From: Edaphobacter aggregans
GTDB lineage: Bacteria; Acidobacteriota; Terriglobia; Terriglobales; Acidobacteriaceae
Direction of reading: 5' to 3'
Assembly (NCBI RefSeq): GCF_003945235.1
Contig: NZ_RSDW01000001.1
Coordinates: 1,140,001-1,172,000, forward strand
Length of the DNA stretch: 32,000 nucleotides
Position numbers and translations under genes: made by a program. The notes beneath the pieces are model-generated. The model was given only the letters and a program-made list of their open reading frames with translations, had not been told where the DNA came from and did not search any database. Positions 1-9,012 of this stretch are shown piece after piece (the stretch's first letter is position 1; every line of letters starts with the position of its first letter).

Positions 1-1200
1 GACGGAACAGCTCACACGCTGACGCTCGCCAACGGCACCGCTGCGTATAACACAGGCACCCTCCCCACGGGACAGCATACCGCCACCGCAAGTTACAACG
101 GAGACACGAACTATCCACCGATCCCCAGCGGCGTCAGCACATCCTTCTTCATCACGCAGGGTACCCTCAACATTTCCGCAAACAACGCAACGAAGATCTA
201 CGGAACGGCGAATCCCTCGTTCGCAGGAAGCGTGACGGGCCAGTTGAGTGGCGACAGCTTCACAGAGAGCTTCACCACTGCCGCGACGACCGCATCGAAT
301 GTAGGAACATATGCCATCGTGCCCACAGCGAGCGGCGCCAACATCGCCAGCTACACAGTGAGCCCAACGAATGGCACACTGACGATTACGCAGGCAGCGA
401 GCACGACAACCTTAAGCGCCAGCGCGAGTTCGGTGACCCCGAACCAGAGCCTCACACTGACCGCGCAGGTCAACTCCACCACTACGGGCACGCCGACTGG
501 CAGCGTGCAGTTCTACAACGGCACGACCCTGTTGGGTTCGTCGTCACTGAGTGGCGGCACAGCCAGCTATACAGCCACTTCACTCACGCCCGGAGCCGCG
601 CTCGCACTGACGGCGGTCTACCAGGGCGATACGAACTTTACGAGGTCGACCAGCGCCTCCGCAGTCAACGTCTCTGTCGCCGCGCTGGACTTCACCTTCG
701 ACACAAGCGGAACGATCACCCAATCGACCAAGCCGGGAACAGCAGTCTCCTACACCTTTCAGATAGCCCCAATCTACGGGGCCTATCCGGCGAGCGTAAG
801 CTTTGCTGCGAGCGGCCTGCCCACCCTTGCGACAGCAACCTTCTCGCCAGCGAGCATCCCGTCCAGCGGCGGCGCACAGACGGTAACGGTAAGTGTGCAG
901 ACTCTCACGCCGACCATTTCGATGAAAGAACGTCCTTCGAGTGCTCGCAGAATGAGTTCGCTTGTACTGGCTCTGCTGCTACTGCCTGTCGCCGGTGCCC
1001 GACGGCTGCGACGCTCAGGGCAACGGATGGGTCGATATATCGCCGCGCTGTTGTTAGCCGCTGCTGCATTGGCTGGCTCGACCGGTTTATCCGGCTGCGG
1101 CGCTGGAGTGAACGATATTCCGGCGAACTACAGCATTACGATCACAGCCAGCAGCGGTGCAGTACAGCACAACGTTGCTGTCAACCTTGACCTGCAATAG
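1..1200 (+). CDS. Ig-like domain repeat / MBG-domain surface protein, C-terminal part (5' end outside window)
   Basis: Frame 1 is open from base 1, upstream of the listed ORF start at 232. It contains repeated S/T/A/G-rich Ig-like modules and an MBG-like motif (KIYGTANPSF...GTYAI). The tail has two hydrophobic segments separated by an Arg-rich loop (RRLRRSGQRMGR). Stop TAG at 1198-1200. Confidence 0.8.
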   Translation, partial: DGTAHTLTLANGTAAYNTGTLPTGQHTATASYNGDTNYPPIPSGVSTSFFITQGTLNISANNATKIYGTANPSFAGSVTGQLSGDSFTESFTTAATTASNVGTYAIVPTASGANIASYTVSPTNGTLTITQAASTTTLSASASSVTPNQSLTLTAQVNSTTTGTPTGSVQFYNGTTLLGSSSLSGGTASYTATSLTPGAALALTAVYQGDTNFTRSTSASAVNVSVAALDFTFDTSGTITQSTKPGTAVSYTFQIAPIYGAYPASVSFAASGLPTLATATFSPASIPSSGGAQTVTVSVQTLTPTISMKERPSSARRMSSLVLALLLLPVAGARRLRRSGQRMGRYIAALLLAAAALAGSTGLSGCGAGVNDIPANYSITITASSGAVQHNVAVNLDLQ

Positions 1201-1373
1201 TCTGAGAGGTGCGAAGCGCGCTCAAACACAAGAGATTGCTTTGCACCCCCAATGATCAGGTTCTCGACAGGAAACAAATAGAGTTCTTGCCCTGTGCGCC
1301 TTCCGCCTCGCCAAAAGCACTGGCCCGCGTCCAAGAATCAGCCTCTCTGGCTTGATTCCGGCAAAGAAACTAT

Positions 1374-1403
1374 TTCCCAATTGCACTCGTCACACTATAT
1401 AAA
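1374..1403 (+). promoter_or_regulatory. Candidate sigma70-type promoter for the PL22/GH2 genes
   Basis: TTCCCA (1374-1379), an 18-nt spacer, then TATAAA (1398-1403), about 80 nt upstream of the ATG at 1482. Motif match only. Confidence 0.2.
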
Positions 1404-1481
1404 TCTCTCGTGCCCAGGAATCTCAGCCGCCCCTCTCTGAACTCCTCCGCGCAAAGACACAGTCTCAGGAGCACCCAGCCG

Positions 1482-2930
1482 ATGCCACGCCTCCTCACCC
1501 TTCTCACCCTCGCCTCCGCGCTCTCCCCATTTGCCCGCGCCCAGAACCTCCCCACAGATCTCCCCACCTCATGGGTCGACAAGGACACCGGCCACCGCGT
1601 CATCCGCTTCACCAACGAGCCCGGCTCCTCTGGCTTCTACTTCAACGTCAACGCCTACTCCCCCGACGGTAAGCTGATGGTCTACAACGCTCCCGACGGC
1701 ATCCACACCCTCGACCTCGCCACCCGCAAGACTCGCCTCCTCATACCCAATCCGCCGCGCCCAGCCGACTCCGCCCCCGGCACTCCAGCCTACTTCCGCA
1801 ACTCCGTCCACACCGTCGTCGTCGGTCACAAGACAAACAGCGTCTTCTTCACCAAGACCGACCCCGAGACCCACCTCAGCACGGTCTACAAGGCCGACCT
1901 CTACTCCGGCGAAGTCATCAAGCTCGCGACCCTCCCAGCGCGCGCCAGCATCGCCACCGTCAACGCCGACGAGACCCTCGCCGCCGGAACCTACAACGAG
2001 CACGAAGACGACTCCACTAAGGACTTCGGCCGCAACGCACCCGTAACTCCCGCCGACCACGCTGCCGCAACCAACAGCACCCGTCCCCCAACCCAGCCGG
2101 GTTTCCTCGTGCAGGCCGAGAACAAGGGTCAGATGATGGAGCGCCGCCTCGCCGCCCGCATTCCACTCGTTCTCTTCACCATCAACCTCCAGACCGGCAA
2201 GGTCACCGAGCTCCTTCACTCCACCGACTGGGTCAATCATCTCCTCTTCTCCCCCGCCGACCCCACCCTCCTCATGTACTGCCACGAGGGCCCCTGGCAA
2301 AAAGTCGACCGCATCTGGATGATCCACACCGACGGCACCCACAACACCCTCATCCACAAACGCACCATGCTCATGGAGATCGCCGGCCACGAGTTCTGGG
2401 GCCTCGACGGCAAAACCATCTGGTACGACTGGCAGCCTCCCAAAGGTGAGGACTTCTACCTAGCTGGCTACGACCTCGCCAACGGCAAGCGCACCGCCTT
2501 CCACATGCAGCGCAACGAGTGGTCCATTCACTTCAACCTCACCCAGGACCTCGACCTCTTCACCGGTGACGGCGGAGACCCCGGCCAGGTCGCCAAGGCC
2601 CCAGACGGCGAGTGGATCGAGCTCTTCCACCCCAAAATGATCACCGGCGAAGGCGCCCTCAACGACCCCACATTCTGGCAGCCCGGTGTCTTCCACTCCG
2701 AGCACCTAGTCAACATGGCCCACCATAACTACCGCCTCGAGCCCAACGTTCGCTTCTCCCCCGACAAAAAGATCGTCTTCTTTACCAGCAACATGTTCGG
2801 CCCCAGCTACCTCTTCGGCGTCGAAGTCAATAAAGCCTCCAACCCCAACCCCGCCGAAGTCCTCTCCACCCCCGAGCTAGCCGCCAAATTCAATCCCAAC
2901 AAACCCACCCCGACCACGACCCCGAAATAA
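1482..2930 (+). CDS. Oligogalacturonate lyase family protein (PL22), secreted
   Basis: The ATG at 1482 gives a signal peptide (MPRLLTLLTLASALSPFARAQ); the ORF-track start at 1410 is an upstream GTG. Family motifs recalled from Ogl: WVDKDTGHRVIRFT, YSPDGK, CHEGP, GHEFW, FSPD. Confidence 0.8.
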   Translation: MPRLLTLLTLASALSPFARAQNLPTDLPTSWVDKDTGHRVIRFTNEPGSSGFYFNVNAYSPDGKLMVYNAPDGIHTLDLATRKTRLLIPNPPRPADSAPGTPAYFRNSVHTVVVGHKTNSVFFTKTDPETHLSTVYKADLYSGEVIKLATLPARASIATVNADETLAAGTYNEHEDDSTKDFGRNAPVTPADHAAATNSTRPPTQPGFLVQAENKGQMMERRLAARIPLVLFTINLQTGKVTELLHSTDWVNHLLFSPADPTLLMYCHEGPWQKVDRIWMIHTDGTHNTLIHKRTMLMEIAGHEFWGLDGKTIWYDWQPPKGEDFYLAGYDLANGKRTAFHMQRNEWSIHFNLTQDLDLFTGDGGDPGQVAKAPDGEWIELFHPKMITGEGALNDPTFWQPGVFHSEHLVNMAHHNYRLEPNVRFSPDKKIVFFTSNMFGPSYLFGVEVNKASNPNPAEVLSTPELAAKFNPNKPTPTTTPK

Positions 2931-2945
2931 TCGCAACGCCAACAA

Positions 2946-2973
2946 GCGGCAGGCAGCACCATCAGCCTGCCGC
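2946..2973 (+). terminator. Hairpin downstream of the PL22 gene
   Basis: GCGGCAGGC / GCCTGCCGC form a 9-bp stem with a 10-nt loop, 16 nt after the stop. The downstream T-run is weak. Confidence 0.35.
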
Positions 2974-3012
2974 AACTACACTCGTTTCCAACCCGCACTT
3001 CTCAAGACGACA

Positions 3013-5469
3013 ATGCCCTCTCTCCATCCGAAAGCCCTCCTAGCCGCACTGCTCTCTCTCACCCCGTTCCTCCAGGCCGCAACAACTCCTCGCACCGTCG
3101 AACCCTTCGACACTCAATGGCGCTTCCTCCAATCCGACGCCCCTCAAGCAGAGCAACCTGCCTTCGACGACTCCGCCTGGCTCCCCATCATCCTCCCCCA
3201 CGACTGGAGCATCGCTGGCCCCGTCGAGCAGAAAAATCCCAGCGGCCCCGCCGGAGGCTTCTTCCCTACCGGTATCGGCTGGTACCGCAAGACCTTCACC
3301 GTCCCACGCCTTGACCCCACCCGTCGCACCTTCATCGCCTTCGATGGCGTCATGGCGAACTCCGACGTCTACCTCAACGGACATCTCCTCGGCCACCGCC
3401 CCTACGGCTACGTCAGCTTCAACTACGACCTCACGCCATACCTTCACCCCGGCTCCAACACCATCGCCGTCCGCGTCGATAACTCCCAGCAAACCGCCTC
3501 CCGCTGGTATCCGGGAGCCGGCATCAACCGCCACGTCCGCCTCATCACTACCAACGCTGTCCACATCGCTCCGTGGGGCATCTTCGTCACAACACCGCAG
3601 GTCTCAGCTGACTCCGCCACCATTCACGTCCGCTCCACCGGCATCAATCAATCCTCCGCAGCCGCCGGCATCTCCCTCGCCGTCACCCTCATCGCTCCCA
3701 ACGGCCACTCCGTCAAAACATTCACATCGCCGCTCGCCACCATAGCCCGCGGCGCAACAGCAGACCTCGACACCCAAACCACCATCCCCACCCCAGACCG
3801 CTGGGACCTCGACCATCCTGCGCTCTACTCCGTCCGCGCCACCTTGCTCAGCAACGGCAAACCCATCGACGACGAAACCGTACCCTTCGGAATCCGTGAA
3901 TTCCACTTCGACCCCGACCAGGGCTTCTTCCTCAACGGCCGCCACCACAAAATCTACGGCGTAGCCCTCCACAGCGATGCGGGAGCACTCGGCACGGCAG
4001 TCCCTCTAGCCGCCTGGGAACGCCGCCTCACCGAACTCCGCAAACTCGGCGTCAATGCCATCCGTACCGCCCACAACCCGCCCGCACCCGAATTCCTCGA
4101 TTTAGCCGACCGCATGGGCTTCCTGGTCATGGACGAGATGTTCGACGCCTGGACCGTCGCCAAGAACCCCTACGACTACCACCTCTACTTCAAAGAGTGG
4201 TCCCTCCGCGACATAGCCGACACCGTCCGCCGCGACCGTAATCATCCCAGTATCATCCTCTGGTCCGCAGGCAACGAGATCCACGACACCCCCCACCCCG
4301 ACATCGCCATCCCCATCCTCAAGTCCCTAGTAGAAACCTTCCACCAGAACGATCCCACCCGTCCTGTCACCCAGGCCCTCTTCCGCCCCAACGTCAGCCA
4401 CGACTACGACAACGGCCTCGCCGACCTCCTCGACGTAGTAGGCCAGAACTACCGAGAGCAGGAGATCCTCGCCGCCCACGCCCAAAAGCCCACCCGCAAG
4501 ATCATCGGCACAGAAAACACCCACGACCGCAACCAATGGGTCGCCATGCGTGACCACCCCGAATACTCCGGTCAGTTCCTCTGGTCTGGCATCGACTACC
4601 TCGGCGAAGCCGGCAGATGGCCCGGCATAGGCAGCGGCAGCGGCCTCCTGCTGAGCACCGCGCTCCCCCGCGCGCGCTCCTTCGAGCGTCAATCCTGGTG
4701 GACCGACCCGTCCACGGCCCCTATGGTCAGTATGGCCCGCCGCGTACAGCCCGCCCGCCGAGGCCCCATCGACCCCGGCTACCCATCACCCACCTCCAGC
4801 AACCAGCAGGCCCCCGCCAATCCATCCACCGCCGCACTCGATCCGACCACCCGCTTCACGCAGCCGCTCCTGCTCGACTGGAGCCCGCAAGACCAATCTC
4901 CCCACACCGAAAACGTCGAGGTCTACACCAACGCCGAAGAGGTCGAACTCTTCCTGAACGACAAATCCCTCGGCACTCAGAAGCTCCACGCCGACGCCAG
5001 CCCCATCACCTTCCAGGTCCCCTTCGCGCCTGGCACCCTCAAAGCTGTAGCCCGCATCGGCGGCAAAGTCGTAGCGCAGAACGAACTCCGCACAGCAGGC
5101 AAGCCTGCTCACCTCCTCCTGACCACCGAAACCCCAAACCTCACCCCCGACTGGAACGACATAGCCTATGCAACCGCCACCCTTGTGGACGCCAATGGCA
5201 CCGTCATCCCTGACAGCGCCACGCGCATCCACTTCTCCATCGTCGGTCCGGGCAAAATCATCGCCGTAGACAACGGCAACATGACCGACCACGACCCCTT
5301 CCAGGCTACCGACCGCAAACTCTACAATGGACACGCAATAGCCATCCTCCGAGCTACAGAGCCCACCGGCTCCATCTCCGTCACCGCAACCGGACAAGAC
5401 ATCCCGCCAGCCACCCTCACGCTCAAAGCTGTTCCACCGGCGCCAACTCCCTCATTCCGAAGCTTTTAG
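3013..5469 (+). CDS. Glycoside hydrolase family 2 protein (beta-galactosidase/beta-glucuronidase-like), secreted
   Basis: 818 aa with an N-terminal signal peptide. It shows the GH2 sugar-binding region, a TIM-barrel region and an ILWSAGNEIHD acid/base-type motif, followed by a long C-terminal beta-sandwich region. Confidence 0.9.
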   Translation: MPSLHPKALLAALLSLTPFLQAATTPRTVEPFDTQWRFLQSDAPQAEQPAFDDSAWLPIILPHDWSIAGPVEQKNPSGPAGGFFPTGIGWYRKTFTVPRLDPTRRTFIAFDGVMANSDVYLNGHLLGHRPYGYVSFNYDLTPYLHPGSNTIAVRVDNSQQTASRWYPGAGINRHVRLITTNAVHIAPWGIFVTTPQVSADSATIHVRSTGINQSSAAAGISLAVTLIAPNGHSVKTFTSPLATIARGATADLDTQTTIPTPDRWDLDHPALYSVRATLLSNGKPIDDETVPFGIREFHFDPDQGFFLNGRHHKIYGVALHSDAGALGTAVPLAAWERRLTELRKLGVNAIRTAHNPPAPEFLDLADRMGFLVMDEMFDAWTVAKNPYDYHLYFKEWSLRDIADTVRRDRNHPSIILWSAGNEIHDTPHPDIAIPILKSLVETFHQNDPTRPVTQALFRPNVSHDYDNGLADLLDVVGQNYREQEILAAHAQKPTRKIIGTENTHDRNQWVAMRDHPEYSGQFLWSGIDYLGEAGRWPGIGSGSGLLLSTALPRARSFERQSWWTDPSTAPMVSMARRVQPARRGPIDPGYPSPTSSNQQAPANPSTAALDPTTRFTQPLLLDWSPQDQSPHTENVEVYTNAEEVELFLNDKSLGTQKLHADASPITFQVPFAPGTLKAVARIGGKVVAQNELRTAGKPAHLLLTTETPNLTPDWNDIAYATATLVDANGTVIPDSATRIHFSIVGPGKIIAVDNGNMTDHDPFQATDRKLYNGHAIAILRATEPTGSISVTATGQDIPPATLTLKAVPPAPTPSFRSF

Positions 5470-5556
5470 ACCACCCTTGTCGCCCCGCACGAAACATCGG
5501 CGCAAAAGCCTGGAGATTTCCACAGGCCGCCCAATTACCTTTCCCCAAAGGCTGCT

Positions 5557-5572
5557 AACTAATCCATTAGTT
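5557..5572. promoter_or_regulatory. Perfect 7-2-7 palindrome AACTAATccATTAGTT, candidate BlaI-family operator
   Basis: Verified base by base. It lies 38 nt upstream of the blaI ATG at 5610 and overlaps the TTG that the ORF track uses as its start. Confidence 0.4.
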
Positions 5573-5609
5573 GTCCGTCTCAACTCCAGAGGGTCCCGAT
5601 TCAGGTCCT

Positions 5610-6008
5610 ATGCCGCCGAAGAAGTCCATCACACTGACGGAAGCTGAACTACGGCTCATGAAGATTCTCTGGCAGCGTGGAGAATCCCTGGTCGGAGATC
5701 TGGTCGCCGCCATGCCGCCGGACAATGCTCTTGCCTATACCTCCGTCCTCACGACGATTCGCATTCTTGAACAAAAAGGCTACGTCCGCCACCGTCAGGA
5801 GGGCCGGGCCTACCTCTACAGCCCCTGCGTCGCCGAGCACGAGGCCAGCCAGTTTGAAATTCGCCACACCATGCAGCGCTTTTTCGGTAACTCTCGCGAA
5901 CGTCTCCTGCTCTCGCTGCTCGGAGACGGCGATGTAACCCCCGAAGAGCTCCACCGTCTCAAAGAAGCCATTGCACGCGCGTCGGACGACCGCACAGGAG
6001 AGCTCTAA
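5610..6008 (+). CDS. BlaI/MecI/CopY family transcriptional repressor
   Basis: Winged-helix N-terminus (LTEAELRLMKILW...YTSVLTTIRILEQKGYV) and a family-typical length. The ATG at 5610 is preferred over the TTG at 5571. Stop is 5 nt before the next gene. Confidence 0.85.
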   Translation: MPPKKSITLTEAELRLMKILWQRGESLVGDLVAAMPPDNALAYTSVLTTIRILEQKGYVRHRQEGRAYLYSPCVAEHEASQFEIRHTMQRFFGNSRERLLLSLLGDGDVTPEELHRLKEAIARASDDRTGEL

Positions 6009-6013
6009 CGCCC

Positions 6014-7327
6014 ATGGTGCCGACCGCAATGTTATCCCTTGAAAATCTGTCGCAGCTCGCCGCCAGTTCCCTTCTCTCCAGCATCTGGCAGGGCATTCTC
6101 TTAGCTGCGGGTGTCACCTTATTTCTACAGCTCGTTCCAAAAACAACAGCAACCATTCGCTTCACCATCTGGACCACTCTCTTTCTTGTCCTTGCTCTTC
6201 TCCCATTCCTGAACGCCTTCTCCGTCGCACCTACCCGAGCCCTCGGCACGCACAGCGCCGTGGTTCAGTTAGACATTCGTTGGAGCTTTGCCATCGCCGC
6301 TCTCTGGGCGTTGTTCTCTCTGGTTAGTGCAGTAAAGCTTGCGATCACCGCCTTCCGCCTCCGTCAGCTTTGGAAGCGCGCAACCCCGGTCGAAACCAGC
6401 GCAGACTGGAGCGCGTTACCCTCCAACTCGCGCTCCGCGCAGCTCTGCACATCAACCGAAATCGACCGCCCCAGCGTCATCGGCTTTTTCTCGCCCCGAA
6501 TCCTCATCCCGAAGTGGCTCTTCGACAAGCTCACTCCATCCGAGCTTAAGCAGATCGTCCTTCACGAGCTGGGCCATCTCAACCGCGCAGACGACTGGCT
6601 CAATCTCATCCAGAAACTCGCTCTCGTCCTCTTCCCCCTGAACCCCGCTCTCATCTGGATCGAAAAGCGTCTCTGCTTCGAACGCGAAATCGCCTGCGAC
6701 GACGCCGTCCTCCGGCTCACCAAAGCACCCAAGGCCTACGCAACCTGCCTCACCAGCCTCGCCGAGCGCACACTCGATCATCGCGCCATGTCCCTCTCAC
6801 TCGGAGCATGGGAGAAGCAATCCGAGCTCTCCCGCCGCGTGCACAACATCCTGCTCCACGCCGAAGGCATGAGCCGCCCACAGGCAGCGCTCCTCCTCGG
6901 AGGCGTCTCCCTGGCCCTCGTCAGCGGAGCAACCGGCCTCCTGCACTGCCCGCAGTTCATCTCGTTCTCCGGACCGCAGTCTGCAATCGCCGCCGTCCGC
7001 GCCGAAGCGCAAGTATCGCCCGCAGCGGAGTTCCACGCCGTCGCATTCCACCCGTCCGCCGCAGGCCCACGCCCGATCCTCCTGAAGGCCTCGATGCCGG
7101 CCACTCAGCCTTCAACCCCCATCACCCTGACCAAGCAAAAACAGCATCGCCACACCGCACAGCGCCTGAAGAAGACCACGAACGCCGCGCACCAGGCATA
7201 CATGCTGACCAACTGGCCAGAACAGGACCGTCCCAGAATCATCCTGACCGTGACGGACCAACATCAATTTCTCGCCCCCTACGCTGCTATGCATACCGAT
7301 AGCGGCTGGCTCGTCATTCAACTCTAA
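6014..7327 (+). CDS. M56 family metallopeptidase, BlaR1-like signal transducer without a recognisable penicillin-binding sensor domain
   Basis: N-terminal transmembrane segments and an HEXXH zinc site (VLHELGHLNRADDW), followed by FEREIACD. The ~140 aa C-terminal region is not recognisable to me. Confidence 0.85.
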   Translation: MVPTAMLSLENLSQLAASSLLSSIWQGILLAAGVTLFLQLVPKTTATIRFTIWTTLFLVLALLPFLNAFSVAPTRALGTHSAVVQLDIRWSFAIAALWALFSLVSAVKLAITAFRLRQLWKRATPVETSADWSALPSNSRSAQLCTSTEIDRPSVIGFFSPRILIPKWLFDKLTPSELKQIVLHELGHLNRADDWLNLIQKLALVLFPLNPALIWIEKRLCFEREIACDDAVLRLTKAPKAYATCLTSLAERTLDHRAMSLSLGAWEKQSELSRRVHNILLHAEGMSRPQAALLLGGVSLALVSGATGLLHCPQFISFSGPQSAIAAVRAEAQVSPAAEFHAVAFHPSAAGPRPILLKASMPATQPSTPITLTKQKQHRHTAQRLKKTTNAAHQAYMLTNWPEQDRPRIILTVTDQHQFLAPYAAMHTDSGWLVIQL

Positions 7328-7357
7328 CCATTGCAATTCACTTTACGGAGAATCAGC

Positions 7358-8896
7358 ATGTCATCATCAACTAATAAACTAGTAGCTAGCGCGAAGCGTG
7401 TAGCCGCCCCTGCCGGAGCAGCCACCACCATCGCTCTGGCAGCAGCCTTCCTCTTCCACTACAACGGCGTTCACGCGGCTGCCGGCGCCGCTGCCCCGCT
7501 TGACGACAGCGCCGTCTCCTCTCTCACCTCACTCGACAGCGCAGTCGAAGCAGTAGCCGCCCGCGTCACCCCCGCCGTCGTCAACGTCGCCGTCACCTCC
7601 ACCGGTTCGGGCGAAGAGCAAGCCTCCGCCCAGGATCAGGACTCGCAGGAGGGCGGTCTGCCTCCAGGCCTTTCGCAGTTCTTCGGCCAGGGCCGTGGCG
7701 GTCGTCGTGCCCCCGAACAGCAGCAGCTCCAGCACGGCATCGGCAGCGGCATCATCATCTCTCCTGACGGCTACATCGTCACCAACAACCACGTTGTCGA
7801 CGGTGCCGTCCAGATGAAGGTCACCCTCAACGACCGTCGCGTTCTCACCGCCAAGCTCGTCGGCGCAGACAAGCTCACCGACCTCGCCGTCATCAAGGTC
7901 GATGCTAAGGGCCTGCCCAGCATCCCCTGGGGCGACTCCTCGCAGCTCCACCCCGGCCAGACCGTGCTCGCCTTCGGCAGCCCCTTCGGCTACTTCCAGT
8001 TCTCCGTCACCCGCGGTATCGTCAGCGCGACCAACCGCCCCAACCCCTACTCCGATGACCCGCGCAAGCCAGGCGGCTACATCCAGACCGATGCAGCCAT
8101 CAATCCCGGCAACTCCGGCGGTGCACTGGTCAACGCTCACGGTGAGCTCGTAGGCATCAACACCTTCATCATCTCCAACAGCGGCTCCTTCGCTGGCGCC
8201 GGCTTCGCCATCCCCTCGCAGATCGTGCGTGCAACCGCCGAATCCATCATCAAGACCGGCAGCGCGCAGCACGGCTACCTCGGCATCAGCATGAACGACG
8301 TGACGCCCGACAACGCCAGCTTCTTCCACCTGCCCGACACCAACGGCGCGATCGTAGCTCAGGTCTCCCCTGACTCGCCCGCCAGCCAGGCAGGCCTCAA
8401 GAGCGGCGACGTCATCGTCTCCCTCGACGGCCAGAAGGTTGCCAACGGCAGCGCTCTGCAGGTTGCAGTCAGCGGAATCGCTCCCGGTAACACCATCGCC
8501 CTCGGCGTCATCCGCGACGGCAGCACGCAGACCGTCAACCTCAAGGTCGGCTCCTTCCACAAGGACGGCGAAGTCGCCAGCAACGACGACTCAGCCCCTA
8601 AGAGCGGCAAGCTCGGCCTCGCCGTAGCTGACCTCGACAAGGACGCACGCGAGCAGCTCAACATCCCCTCGCAGGTAAAGGGTGTCGCGATCCAGAGCGT
8701 ACGTCCCGCGAGCCCCGCAGAGGATGCTGGCCTCGCCGCTGGCGACGTCATCCTCGAAGTCAATCGCAAGCCGGTCTCCTCGGCTGAGAACTTCGTCAGC
8801 GACGTCCACGCAAACCCAGCCGGAAAGGACCTGCTCCTTCTCGTCTGGTCGAAGGGTAACGCAAGCTATCGCGTCATCCACCCCGACCAGGGCTAA
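7358..8896 (+). CDS. Do/DegP/HtrA family periplasmic serine endoprotease with two PDZ domains
   Basis: Trypsin-like catalytic motifs (TNNHVV, DLAVIK, GNSGGAL) and two PDZ-like regions. The ATG at 7358 is preceded by GGAG at -11; the ORF-track start at 7331 is a TTG. Confidence 0.92.
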   Translation: MSSSTNKLVASAKRVAAPAGAATTIALAAAFLFHYNGVHAAAGAAAPLDDSAVSSLTSLDSAVEAVAARVTPAVVNVAVTSTGSGEEQASAQDQDSQEGGLPPGLSQFFGQGRGGRRAPEQQQLQHGIGSGIIISPDGYIVTNNHVVDGAVQMKVTLNDRRVLTAKLVGADKLTDLAVIKVDAKGLPSIPWGDSSQLHPGQTVLAFGSPFGYFQFSVTRGIVSATNRPNPYSDDPRKPGGYIQTDAAINPGNSGGALVNAHGELVGINTFIISNSGSFAGAGFAIPSQIVRATAESIIKTGSAQHGYLGISMNDVTPDNASFFHLPDTNGAIVAQVSPDSPASQAGLKSGDVIVSLDGQKVANGSALQVAVSGIAPGNTIALGVIRDGSTQTVNLKVGSFHKDGEVASNDDSAPKSGKLGLAVADLDKDAREQLNIPSQVKGVAIQSVRPASPAEDAGLAAGDVILEVNRKPVSSAENFVSDVHANPAGKDLLLLVWSKGNASYRVIHPDQG

Positions 8897-8959
8897 CCGA
8901 AAGCTACGTCCTAAGTCCGGCGTCACTCCCAGGCAGACGCCCCACATTGAGGACGAAGC

Positions 8960-8998
8960 AAAATGGCTGCAAGAGCAAACCAGCTCTGCAGCCATTTT
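8960..8998. terminator. Bidirectional rho-independent terminator between convergent htrA and the acyl-CoA dehydrogenase gene
   Basis: AAAATGGCTGCaAGAGC / GCTCTGCAGCCATTTT form a ~17-bp stem with one bulge and a 6-nt loop. An A-run on the left and a T-run on the right let it work on both strands. Confidence 0.6.
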
Positions 8999-9012
8999 CG
9001 TTTAAGCCTTGC

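Noticed and set aside
1569-2390. Long antisense or out-of-frame ORFs throughout the window (for example 1569-2390 -, 7529-8560 -, 14389-15468 +, 15673-16608 -, 26976-28040 +, 29888-30643 -).
   Set aside because: They overlap well-supported genes with clear family motifs. Their translations are low-complexity G/V/A/D/E- or R/P/H-rich strings, typical of shadow frames in high-GC, strand-skewed DNA.
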